A DNA stretch of 64,000 nucleotides, the filler included, from Piptocephalis cylindrospora (taxonomy: Eukaryota): the NCBI GenBank assembly GCA_003614145.1. It is 12 parts of 12 records of this genome, joined end to end, with 100 filler letters (N's around TTAATTAATTAA, not from the genome) between each part and the next. Parts side by side here need not be neighbours in the genome. Positions count along the whole stretch, not along the records: positions 21,773 to 27,088 come from KZ988401.1; positions 27,189 to 32,498 come from KZ988402.1; positions 32,599 to 37,907 come from KZ988403.1; 9 more parts are not named here. One strand, 5' to 3'. A program made the position numbers and the translations under genes. Below, piece after piece: positions 24,383 to 35,852 of this stretch. Under the pieces are notes generated by a model. It made no database searches. It saw nothing but the letters and a program-made list of their open reading frames with translations, and was not told where the DNA came from. How positions within the stretch are numbered: position 1 is the first letter of the stretch; the number at the start of each line of letters is the position of its first letter.

Positions 24383-27088
24383 TCATACGTCGTGATGTCC
24401 AGCGAAGGGGGAGGGAGGTTTCCTAAAGATCCCTGGGACCCTTCGAGGAGGGGGAGAGAGAGGCGGATGGGCCTCACCCCTCACTGGATGATGGGACGCA
24501 TGATCCACAGCATGTGGATGACTATAAGGTCGATGATCCTGGGCGGAGGGGCTAGCTAGAATGGTGCCCTGTCGACCCTCGATGACCTCCTCAGATCCAA
24601 AAGGGGTAATCTCCCCAGGATGGCTCGGATCGCGGGAGGGTCTGGGAAGAGTACTGTGTCTTCTGGAGGACATTGGATCTGCGGTATCGTACCTCCCGGA
24701 GGGATATGAAGGCACCCGAGCATGACCTTGAGATCCCTCATGCAGAGGGCTGTTCATCCAATCCATCTGCCCAGGAGCCCCATCGCTTCCCCGTCGCCCA
24801 TGGGGACCAGAAGCCCACGAGGCTGGGCTAGGCGGGGAAAAGACAGGGGAGTCGTGACGAGAAGTAAGAGTAGTAGGGGTGGAGGCAGTGGTGGGACGGA
24901 CTGAAGGGGAATGACGAGTGGGGCTGGGGACCCATGGGGCCGGGTTAGCATGGGGTACGGGAAGATCAGGACGCCAGAGGATGGAAGAGGGATAGGGAAG
25001 GGGATGGAAGGTGTCTTGATGGATGGACCACCACTCGAGGAGAAGGAGGACAAGTTGGACAATGACCATGACAAGAAGGAGGAGAAAAACGGACAAGGCG
25101 AACCAGGAAAGGATCTGGGCTAGGATGACGATACTCGGATCCCCTGGATCGGAGTGGCCAATAATAACGCATATGATAAGCATAAAGATACGGGCGATAC
25201 CCAGGAGGCCCCGGAGGAGGGCTGTGGTCAGGGCAGTGTGAGGTCGGAGGACAAGAGAGACACCGATAAAGAGAAGAGCCTCGGCCACCAGGAGGAGGAT
25301 AGACTGGAGAAGCCCACGACCCTGAGCGCATCCGAGGACCAAGCCATATACGGCCCCACGAACAAGGAGGACGGAGACGGCCGAGACCTTGAGTCGTTCA
25401 GGTCTATACTGGGAATAGGTGGTACCGTACCGAAGGAGCCTTGAGGGCTCGGAGAGTAAGGCGATGACCGGACGGGTCGTGAGAACCCTCCAGCTTAGAA
25501 GACCCAGGCCACACACCCCGATAAAGACGGCAATGACGCCCAAAGCATAGGAAGATGTTTGGATGGAGCCAGAGATGGTAAAGATGAGAAAAGCCTGGGC
25601 AAAGAGGGGGAAGACGGCCAGGAGGAAGACCCGAACGAACCAGCCAATGAGCATATCCAAAAGATCCGAGGGAACTACAGTGGCCGGGTTGGGAGGTCCA
25701 TGGTTAGCGGGGGTCTGGGCATCCCCACGCTTAGCCCCTCTTCCCAAAATAAATGGGGGCATGGAAGGGGAGAGAGGAGCCCCCGGAGGGTCCATGAGGG
25801 TAGCCAGGGAATGCTGAGAGTCTCGAGGGAAGGCCTGGGACATGGGCGGAGCGAAGAATGAGGCGGAGTGGGATCGCGCATGGGCCGAGTGAGTGCTTGC
25901 AGCGAATGTGGCCGTCGAGGTGGGTCGCGGCCCCTGAGGAGACTGCCCCTCATCCTGCAAGGCGTTGACCAAGGCACTCGTCCGAACAGCAGTACCCTGT
26001 TGACCTCGCCATCCACCCTTTCCCCACCACCAACGCCAGCCGAGGAAAATGAAGGCCCAGACGAAGAGGATGGCCGCACAGGCGATAGCAACACTGACAA
26101 AGCTACGGATGATCAGCTCTGTAGGATCCGCCCCAACAGTCCATGCCCAGGCAGAGAGACCGGTCAGACGAAGGGAGACCGGGGGAGGGGTTCCTGACAA
26201 GCCCATTCCGATGCCTCGGTAGACGTACCAATCAAAGACAGACCAAGAGGAGCGACTGGTGAGGACGGTATACCATCCCGGGACGGGGATGGAGAGCATG
26301 CCTGTGGAAGCCAGGAAGGCAGCCCAGCCCCAGATGACCCAAGGACCCGGGAGGGCCCGGGTGGTCAGAGAACCCGAGGAGAGTTGAATGAGCCATGCAA
26401 GCGGTCGAGGTGAGGATGGCCATGGGGGGTTGGGATAGGGTGCTGAGGGAGGGGAGGTAGGATACGAGAGGATCCCCGGAAGAAATGTGACCAAGGCGGC
26501 CAAGATAGTGAGGGCAATGGGGCCATAGCGCAAGGCGGGGAAAATGCTTGATTCTTGGGCCTGACTCAGACCTGGAAGAGGACTGCACCCCAAAATGGTG
26601 GAAGTATCCTCGGAGAGGTAGATGACGCGGGTAAAAACGTCAACCAAGGGAGCAAAGGGGGGAAGGGTGATGGTACGGGTGAAGTTAAAGTGGGTATTTG
26701 CGGGGAATGGACAGATGGGGAAGATATCGCAAGCCTGGCTTAGGGTAGTGGAACCAGAGACAGCGGTGGGAGAGGTGGGGGAGAAGAGATCGAGACGAAA
26801 TATAGCATTATGAACTGAATCATAGCCGGGAAGGGTTTGTTGAGATTGACCAAAGACGGTGACGGTGAGGCTCCGAGAGTCCGGAGAGAAGCGTTCCACG
26901 GAGACCGAGGTGAAGACGACAGGAGGGCTATCAAGATCAGAAGGGCATTGTAACGGAGGATTTGCGCCTGGGAAATCAGCCTGAATGACTTTCTGTGGGG
27001 GAAGTTCTGCAAAGGAACGGGCGGTGAGTAGTAGGAGGAGGACCTGACCTTGATCGCAATGCCCGTCTTCAATCTTCTTACCCTTCTC
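24383..27088 (-). CDS. FLC/Pkd2-type TRP-like channel (ML-like N domain plus TRP membrane domain), 5'-truncated
   Basis: Frame is open to the contig end. CDIFPICPF and LGC in the ML-like region, TGMLSIPVPGWY...SWS, YGTTYSQYRP, multiple TM helices and a Pro/Ser-rich tail. Confidence 0.7.
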   Translation of the reverse strand, partial: EKGKKIEDGHCDQGQVLLLLLTARSFAELPPQKVIQADFPGANPPLQCPSDLDSPPVVFTSVSVERFSPDSRSLTVTVFGQSQQTLPGYDSVHNAIFRLDLFSPTSPTAVSGSTTLSQACDIFPICPFPANTHFNFTRTITLPPFAPLVDVFTRVIYLSEDTSTILGCSPLPGLSQAQESSIFPALRYGPIALTILAALVTFLPGILSYPTSPPSAPYPNPPWPSSPRPLAWLIQLSSGSLTTRALPGPWVIWGWAAFLASTGMLSIPVPGWYTVLTSRSSWSVFDWYVYRGIGMGLSGTPPPVSLRLTGLSAWAWTVGADPTELIIRSFVSVAIACAAILFVWAFIFLGWRWWWGKGGWRGQQGTAVRTSALVNALQDEGQSPQGPRPTSTATFAASTHSAHARSHSASFFAPPMSQAFPRDSQHSLATLMDPPGAPLSPSMPPFILGRGAKRGDAQTPANHGPPNPATVVPSDLLDMLIGWFVRVFLLAVFPLFAQAFLIFTISGSIQTSSYALGVIAVFIGVCGLGLLSWRVLTTRPVIALLSEPSRLLRYGTTYSQYRPERLKVSAVSVLLVRGAVYGLVLGCAQGRGLLQSILLLVAEALLFIGVSLVLRPHTALTTALLRGLLGIARIFMLIICVIIGHSDPGDPSIVILAQILSWFALSVFLLLLVMVIVQLVLLLLEWWSIHQDTFHPLPYPSSILWRPDLPVPHANPAPWVPSPTRHSPSVRPTTASTPTTLTSRHDSPVFSPPSPASWASGPHGRRGSDGAPGQMDWMNSPLHEGSQGHARVPSYPSGRYDTADPMSSRRHSTLPRPSRDPSHPGEITPFGSEEVIEGRQGTILASPSAQDHRPYSHPHAVDHASHHPVRGEAHPPLSPPPRRVPGIFRKPPSPFAGHHDV

Positions 27089-27775
27089 NNNNNNNNNNNN
27101 NNNNNNNNNNNNNNNNNNNNNNNNNNNNNNNNTTAATTAATTAANNNNNNNNNNNNNNNNNNNNNNNNNNNNNNNNNNNNNNNNNNNNGAGGGGTGCGAT
27201 AGCAAAGGGGAGAAGGATATAGAGAATGGGGATATACATGTGTGTGTAGGATGGAGGGAAATACGATCGATTTTTTTTCCTCTGAATGCACTCGGAGGAT
27301 ATAGTTTAATGACGGGGCTCCCTTCTTTCCAATGATCATGCGAGTGTGTCAAAAAACTCCGATCACGGATCGGGGTATTAATGGCACACTCACTCCTCTT
27401 AAACAGCTTTCTCCTATTTAATCATCATGATTTGTGTTGTATGCGTGCAGAGACTACTCTTATACGACAGTGGCGAGCGACTGGACCCTCTCTGCCTTCA
27501 TTGCTTGGGCGTACTGCTCTGGAGCTTTAGATCAATTAAGCGTATATTGTTCGTCTGCAAATAGATGTATACTCGTTCAATAGCACATCGAGCAGGTATG
27601 AGGGATCTCCCCAAGCAGATGAGTAGATGCTTTTTTTTCTGATCTTGGCCCTTGTATCGCTTGATTATCATTACCTCTTTATGCGCTATGTGCCACCGCT
27701 GATCATGGATCTTGGTGGGGTTTCAGCTTTTGAAAATGAGGATGCAAGACAGGCGGTATGAAAAGGAAATAAAGG

Positions 27776-28209
27776 CTGTGGTAACCTCAATGATTCAACC
27801 AAGTAAAGCAAGAATTAGATAGAGATACGAGTAGAGGAAGGATCAAAACTGTGAAAAAAAGGGAGAAGTGGAAAGACGAGTCCCAGAGATGGGGAAAATA
27901 AAATGGCTTTATTATCATCAAGCCGAACCCCAGAGTGGAAGTCATCTCCCTTGCTTTGTCGTCTTGAATACTTTTCCAGATTTTCCCCTGGTTATTACCG
28001 TCTCTAGAATAAGCTCCCCCTAACCATATATCCTGTGATCAGAGCGCTCCTGGCTCAAATCATATCCTGTGTGCGCGTTCTAGCTATTTGATACTTCCTT
28101 GCAAACACACCTACACACACACATCTCACACCCATGCTCTTTTCTTCACACCTTCATACCCTCTGGAAGAGCAAACTCTTTCGATGTGCAGGCACTCATT
28201 ACCCCCACA
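27776..28209. repeat. Dispersed repeat, copy B (homologous to 12686-13056)
   Basis: Same colinear blocks as copy A, with an extra internal insertion near 27890-27925. Confidence 0.8.
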
Positions 28210-29650
28210 AGGGGCATTGGACACTAGTGTCTGAGCATGAGCTGTGAGGTTCTATTCCACAATAATGTTACGATCATGACCTTTTCCGCTACCTATACTT
28301 ATGCCATAGGTATCCTAGTGTTCTTCAGAAGAATTGATGGATGGCTTCACTACTTTAAAAGGGAAGTACCATCTATAATAACATTCGTTTGCACTTATTC
28401 TTGCTTCCAGATGCCCTAGCCCTTCTCGTCAAGGCCCTTCCATCAGTTGATTACGATCTTATTGGATAGGATGGCCCATGGGATGATGGCGAGAGACTGA
28501 GGAAGGGGCGATGGAAGGAGATGGGAGACGAGCTGGAGATATCAAGAAGGTGGTGAGGGGAGCTGGGATGGTGGCGAGGAAGATGCACTCGAGGATGATG
28601 AGTAGTGTCTATGATAGAGTGTGGCTGCGTAGGTATAAGTAGTAGATTGATAAGGAGAGGAGTGGAACGAGAAGAAGATGGAGGAGATGAAGGCTAGGGG
28701 AAACACTTGATCCAGAGTGGATAGAAGCCCCAAGAAGGAATCGGAGGATGTATGGTAATCCTGGGATGCGGGAGGATATCCCATCGCTGGGGGATGATGC
28801 TATGCCTACTCATGTCCTGAGTTTCCCTGACATGATCTTGATACCTTCATGATGACGGACGTTTCTTCGGGCAAGAGTGGGCTTCAGGGCTCTGTAGTGC
28901 TCAAGTATCATTCATAGCATAGGGTACGCGTTGGGGACCCTGCCCCCAGTACCACGCATGTTGGCCTGATTACAGGCAGTCAATGTGTGCCTTTCACTTT
29001 TCATCCCAATCTGTCCGTCATCACCGACATGAAACAATAGTCTCTGGTATCACGCAGGCTGGCTTAAGGGTGGGTATTGCATTCGGATATTCATCAGCCT
29101 CTACCCTATCTGAGGAAAATATAGCAGTTTTATTACTTCTCTTTCTAGGGGGATTTGAGAAGATGTACTGTTTAGAATATTTCCTAGAATCAGCAAATGA
29201 AAAACAGGCTTTCCACTTTAAAGCAGGTCGGGAATCCGATCGCCTCCTCTCAAGGCTTAGCTGTATGACCAAAAAGGAGAGGGCGGGACGCGAGTTTTCT
29301 TTTTTTTCCATATTTTCTACACACTCGCATCTGTGACACCATGCTCAAGACATCCACCCCAGACCCATATGCCGTGCCTCCACAATAGAGTCTTACAGGG
29401 CGCGCCCCCCCCCCCCACAGTCAAAGCACCTCCCCTTATCCTCATCAGCGCTTTTCTTTTTTTCCTCATCCCTGCGTTACTCTCTTCAACTTTTCCTTTT
29501 TCCCTCATCTGGTGTTGATTTCAGTCCACGACACCATCGTTGATCTGAAAAAAGCTTCATCAAGGATATATCCTCTCTCTCTCTCTCTCTCTCTCTCTTC
29601 CGTAAATTCCAAAGACTTGACGCGTCTCTCCTCATCTTTCTCATCCACCC

Positions 29651-32498
29651 ATGAACTCCTCCATTCCGGAGGAAGTCAATTCCTCCCAGGCCCTGATGGA
29701 TCCTCTACGTCTTGATCTTCACAGGCAACTTACACTTTTTCTACAAGAGCAGCAAGAGCAGCTTAAATCACTCGCCAGCTCAGATGAACTAGATCTCCTT
29801 CACGCCTACGCCATCCATTCCTCCGCTGCGCCGTCGGCCAGCCAGGTACTTCAAATCCTATCGGATGTACTGCACCGGGATCCTCCTCATTTCACCCTCT
29901 TGGTCGCTGCTTACTTTTCTCCTCTTTTGACCGATCTTGTCCTGCGCTGGAGTGAACCCATTGTCCCTTCGGTAGGTGATTACAGAGTCTTTGGGAGAAG
30001 GCTCTTCTCGGACCTTGGCACCACTTTTTCTCACCTCTTTTCGTCTTGCCTTATTATGCTTAGGGAGAGAACTGGCCAAAGCGGGCTCTGTGCATTTTTG
30101 TGGCCCTTTCCATCCTGATCAAGCCTTATCCACATTTGCTTCGGTAAGTGCACCATCCTTTTTCCTTTTTATTGCTTCCCATAGCTCATTATGCCGTTCC
30201 CCATCCAATTTATCTAATCTTCCTACATTGATTTCCATAGGCTAGCACCACAAATCCTTGGCCGTGCCCTCCCTTCCTCAACCTTTCCTGTCCATCTGGC
30301 TATCACTTTAGGCCAGGATGAGACCATTTCTTGGGTAGGCTCTTTCATCCATTATCGTACCCCATTTCCTCCCATTAATCATCTCGTTTCCCCTCTTAGG
30401 ATTTGGTCTATGCTGTCTGTGTTGCTTATCATACTCTCCTGTCTGCTTCATTAAATCCGGTGCGGGATCTGTGGACTTGGTGGGACATTTACAGCCATGT
30501 CGACCCTGCACTCCCCTTAGTACCTTCGATTGTTCGTGTGCGGCTTCTTCGATGTCTCGGTCTTCTTCTGGGAATGCGCACCCCGCAGTATGCCGAGATC
30601 GAAGCCAATATCTTTCCCTCCAAGAACGATTTGAATCAGGCCCTATCCAAAGAAGAGGAATCGTATTATGGGTAAGAGACCCTTTACTTTTGATTGGGCG
30701 CAGTTTTTATACGTTTTGCTGCTTGATTAAGCGAGCTCATACCCTTATCTTTCTCGTAGTCTTATTCAAGAGGCCCCTTTTCCCCCATCCGTTCCTCCTC
30801 TTCATTTCCATTCCACGGACTTTCCTTCTTCCTCCCTCCTCATCTCTGATCTTTCTTCGTGGACTGTACACGTGAGCGGGGTTCTCCTCCCCAAAAATCC
30901 TTCTTCCTCTCCTTCTTCCTCTCCTTCCACCTCCTCTTCCACGCTCTTATCCAGCCTTCCAACAACCTACAATCAATTACAGCAGATCTCTCTAGGCGTC
31001 TCCATTGGCGCTCCGCTACTTCTTCAGGGTCCGCCTGGATCAGGAAAAACGGCTTTGGTTGAGGGTCTCGCTCATAGAACCGGGCATCACCTGGTCAAGA
31101 TCCACATGGGAGATGAAACGGATGCACGAGTTCTGCTTGGAGCCTACGTAGCAACCTCGGAGCCCGGTCAGTTCCGTTGGCAACCTGGTGTCCTCACTGT
31201 GGCAGTCCAGGAGGGTCGATGGGTTCTCCTGGAGGATGTAGATAGTACGGGGGGCGAGGTACAGTCTCTATTGGCTCCCTTGGTGGAGCAGGGACAGCTT
31301 AGTATCCCGGGCAGAGGAGAGGTGATTCGAGCTGCCGCTGGATTCCGCCTCTTTGCCACTATGGCTACTTTGTCCCGTGGCTTGTCTCGATCCACCGGGT
31401 CGGAACTTCTAGGCGGATCCTGGCTGCCCGTTAAGGTGAACGAGTTGGATAGAGAGGAGGAGGAGGAGTTGGTGCGAGGTCGATTCCCCTTTCTCACTGG
31501 GGCATGGGAAAAGGTGGCCGTACAGGCCTTTCATCTTGCGAAAGACCGTCTAATTAGAGATCAGAGATCCGGTGACGCTCGTCGCTTAACCCTTCGGGAT
31601 TTGGTCAGATGGTGTGAACGCGTTGAGCGTAGAGTTCCACATTTCCCTGCTGCTGTCAGTAAAGGTCAATCCACTGGTGGTCTCGATCTCCCTACTCGAG
31701 AAATCCTTTGGGCCGAAGCCCTAGATGTCTACGTGGCTTCCATGGAGGGGCAGAGTGTTTCCGATGTCGAACTGAGCCTCTCCGACGAGTTAGCCATTCT
31801 TTTCGGCGTCGGTGGTAGAGAAAAGTCCAAATGGCGGGAGGAAAGCTATATCCCCGAAGTGGTAGAGCCCACGCAGACCAAGGAAGGCAGAATAGGTCGT
31901 GTCCCCCTCCCTCGTCTTCCTTCCTCCACCCGTTCCCGGAGCAAACTGGGAAGCTTTGCTAGGACGGTGCATGCCACTCGGCTTCTCGAGCAAATGGCTG
32001 CTGCTACCGTAGGAAATGATGGTCAGGAGCCTCTTTTGCTTGTTGGTGAGACGGGAACGGGTAAGACCACGGTAGTTCAGGAATTGGCTCGGTGGATGGG
32101 TCGAAGGCTGCGCGTTGTCAATCTTTCCCAACAAACCGACACGGCTGATCTTCTAGGAGGCTTTAAGCCTGTTGACGTACGTGTGGCCGCCTCCACCCTC
32201 CTCGATCGTTTTATGGTTCTATTTAGCCGGACTTTCTCCCGGAAGCGGAATGCGCGATTTGTCGAGGCGGTCGAGATGGCATTCGCCCGGGGTCAATGGA
32301 GACGCTTTGGAAAAATCATTGAGGAGGCCTCTTTGCTAGCCGAGCGAAAATACGGAGGAAAGACTGAGGATGGGGGGGAAGAGGATGGAGGAGGAGGGAA
32401 GAGACGTAGGGTCGAGGGGGTTTCCCAGCAAGACGGGTCCCCCTCCTCTACGCCCGTAAAGGTGTCTGTCTTGCCCGAATGGCTGGCCCTGAGGCAGG
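29651..32498 (+). CDS. MDN1: Midasin (Rea1/Mdn1) AAA-ATPase, N-terminal part, multi-exon, 3'-truncated
   Basis: LLQGPPGSGKT, TDARVLLGAYV..PGQFRWQPGVLT.AV.EGRWVLLEDVD, EPLLLVGETGTGKT and NLSQQTDTADLLGGFKPVD. Confidence 0.93.
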
Positions 32499-32598
32499 NN
32501 NNNNNNNNNNNNNNNNNNNNNNNNNNNNNNNNNNNNNNNNNNTTAATTAATTAANNNNNNNNNNNNNNNNNNNNNNNNNNNNNNNNNNNNNNNNNNNN

Positions 32599-32965
32599 CT
32601 TGCATATTTGGTGAGGGTTGGGCGATTTTTTCGCTTGCTTCTTCAGTCGCACAACCCGTCCTTCTTCCTCCACAATTATTGCAAGGAAGGTCAAACCGTC
32701 GAGGCTTTTACCCTATAGCGAATTCATTTCTCAAGAAAGCAAGCTTGTGAGGACGGCCTTGTCACACACGCATGACATTTCTAATCTGGTGGTCCTTAAT
32801 GGTGGACAAGTTGAGGTAGGCCAACCGCATAAAGCCCGCACACACCAGACGAGAGGTGAAACCGGCGGATGGCTTTCCTTAGCAATAATTGTGGAGGAAG
32901 AAGGACGGGTTGTGCGACTGAAGAAGCAAGCGCAAAAATCGCGCAACCCTCATCAAATATGCAAG
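32599..32965. repeat. Inverted repeat with ~90-bp arms (32599-32688 and 32874-32965) at the contig start
   Basis: Arms are reverse complements with about 3 mismatches and 1 indel. Confidence 0.9.
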
Positions 32966-34226
32966 CGTGAACGAGCTATTTCTTCCTAGTCCTGTTGACT
33001 AGCAAAGGAAACGTCAGCAGGGGATATTCTCATGATTCGTAAACACGCAAATATCTAGCAAAGCCCTTTGTCCCCTAAGATAGTGTACTCGCTTGCTCCC
33101 AAGGACGCTCTGCCCTTCTGACATATCATCCGCGCCCATCACCTCAACAAACCCCCGATGTACAAGAAATCATCATTCTTTGAGGAGGAGAATCAGTATG
33201 AGGCATTTACACAATTGGTCAATCGGACTGTAAGAGATGATGAGGTATTTCCATGAGCGGCCTGGTTTGATGAGTTTTATCACCACGGCCCCAATGATGG
33301 ATTAGGCCCGAGATGGGGCGTTAGAAACTTGGAAAAGAAATTGGGCTCATGGGTGATGATGCCATTGTTCAAAGCCCCAGCTGCCTTCACCAAAACAGGA
33401 CAATAAATGACATTTACACAAAAACTAAGAATATGAACCTATCGAAAAAATCAGGGCAATAATGGGCGAACCCAAACGAGATATGCGTGGAGACTGATCA
33501 TATATTGCAAGAGGCTGGCTTACCCAAATACAACAACACTACGAGGGATAGAGAATGAGTCAGTCATGAAAGCTAAGAAATGCTGTAGAGATGAAAAAAA
33601 AGAAAATGTAGCAGTGGTATAAAGTCCATGGGTAGTAAGGAATCATACCAACACGGATTGTAAGTACATGCAGCTTGCTATTCCACTCCAACTCCAATGA
33701 CGCCAGGGCACGAAAAGAAGGAATGCCTAGCCATGTCGATGAAACGGCCAGACATTCCCTCCGCCCAGGGTCAGCCTATGATCGCACAAGTACGACCACG
33801 GTGAAATGGCAGTGGGGATCAGGGGGAGGAGATAACTTACCTATTCGAATGCAACATATATCGTACATGAGAGGAAGGGAAGGAAATAGGAAGAGAAAAG
33901 GGAAAAGAAGCTGGGTGCAGCGCTCCTCCCTCGTTTCTAAAAACAGCAGCTTTTTTTCTCCTCAGATACTCTAGTACAACATTGGATTGTGCTCCGCTCT
34001 TGGAAATAAATTTACCACACTTGCCAAAACGCTAATAGTGTCAATCGAGCTAAATTTTGAAAGTGGGATGATCGCATATGTAAATGGACCAAGGAAGCAT
34101 GCGAATTATCTCTGGAGATCCATCTGTCCTAGAATGAATCCTCTATTCCTAGCCCTTAGCGTATCATAGGAAGTAGAAAGTAACATGGTTGGTTGGTTCA
34201 AACACTGCAACAATTGTGACAGTTTA

Positions 34227-34988
34227 TTAACTTTCACTGGCTGATCCAGAAGAGGCCACGGCCTCGACCAGCTGATTCATTTCCGGGGTCTGAGAGAGGC
34301 CCGGATGAACAAATAGCGGCTTCCCAGTCCGACCCTGCACGGAGCTTGTCCTCCAAGAGCTAAAGACACGGGAAGAGGGATGGATGTCTTTGACGGCCAA
34401 GCGGGTCATTATGGGCTTGGCCCAAAAGCTCAGTGTCGTTACGGCCAGCTGGGTGTTCGGGGTAATGGAAACGGCCTGGTACTCGCCCGCATCGTCCGAA
34501 GCGCTTGGTGGGGCAGCGTCGGGAAGAGAGATCCGCAGGACGTAGGGATGCATGGCATAATGGATCAGAAAGGTGGAGGAGGCACTGGTGAACAGGGCAG
34601 CGCCAGCTAGAGCCGTGCGAAAGGCCATGGTCAGCTCCGCATCCACAAAAAAGATGAGGGGCAGGGCTCCAAAAGTCAAGGACAGAGAGGAGACCGAGAA
34701 CACCTTGAGGTATCGTGCCGTCTTGGCCAATGGGCCCATATAGATCATCCGACCTTCTGTTTTTTCGGGCCCAGGCGCCTTGGAGACAGGCGGGGCCATG
34801 GGACTGATGGACTGGGAAAAGGCCCGAAAGGCCCCCGCATCCAGTACCGAAGCCGGGGTCCTAGAATAAACCCGTGTAACCCCAAGCCTATACCCATGTA
34901 CATGTACCGGGGTGGGGTAGCCACGTAGTCTGACAAAGATGCCTCGACCCTGTCTAGTCATCCCTGGGACCTGGTGCGCAAAAGACAT
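34227..34988 (-). CDS. TMEM70/TMEM186/TMEM223-family mitochondrial membrane protein
   Basis: Arg-rich presequence, IYMGPLAKTARYLKVFSVSS, two TM helices, HPYVLRI, TTLSFW and FSSW..LFVH. Start codon is uncertain. Confidence 0.75.
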   Translation of the reverse strand: MSFAHQVPGMTRQGRGIFVRLRGYPTPVHVHGYRLGVTRVYSRTPASVLDAGAFRAFSQSISPMAPPVSKAPGPEKTEGRMIYMGPLAKTARYLKVFSVSSLSLTFGALPLIFFVDAELTMAFRTALAGAALFTSASSTFLIHYAMHPYVLRISLPDAAPPSASDDAGEYQAVSITPNTQLAVTTLSFWAKPIMTRLAVKDIHPSSRVFSSWRTSSVQGRTGKPLFVHPGLSQTPEMNQLVEAVASSGSASES

Positions 34989-35852
34989 GAGAAATATTGG
35001 ATGTAAGTAGGATGTGAGGTACCGAAGATGGTTGAAGGCGCTAGTATAGGCCACAGGGTATCGGAATACGTTCACTTATAAATGCGGTTCTGTTGGCGAT
35101 AACGGGCAGTGATCCTGTTTAGAAAGCTAAATATTCCTTTTGCTTTGTATATTTTATGCATTTTCTCTTCTTGATATGGATTGATAATAAACCCATTTTA
35201 TTTTCCCCAGTGGGGTAGGCAGATGGGCATTCGAACACAATGTCTGCTAGGATAGCTGGCCTGGTCTTCTTAATATGAATTAATCAACTACTCAACCTTA
35301 AAGGAATTGTTGAGATAATGCTTATATATTGAACATAGTGAATAGGTCACCCTAAATACTTTCGAATCCATTTAGATTCATGTAGGCAATGAAACAAATG
35401 ATGATTATGCTTTGCTGGGATTTTCGCAGCTACATAGTTAGCATCCTCGATCAACTCGACTCCTGGATGAGTATCCTTGCTTTATAGTTCAATTAGGCAG
35501 GGATCATACCAAAAAAGATATCCTTCCACTATTTCGTTGTTGAAAAATTTATAGTCTCATGGGGAAAATGCACCCAAAAGACTACACGAATTCACACCCT
35601 TGTCACAGACTGAGGGGAAAGGCCTTTCACCATTTCCAAATGTGGCACGATTTTTCGTGCTCTTTTATCTCGGGAAAGGTACACAAGATATACATTATTG
35701 GCCAATGTCCGCCGCACAATGCATATTGTGGCGGAAGGGGGAGGGGGAGAGAGTGGTGGTGTGAAGAGAGGCGTGCACCTCACAAACATCTCGCCCTGCC
35801 CATCAGCTTGCCCCTTCCTCTTCTACAAGCACGCCAAAGCCAGGTTATCAAG

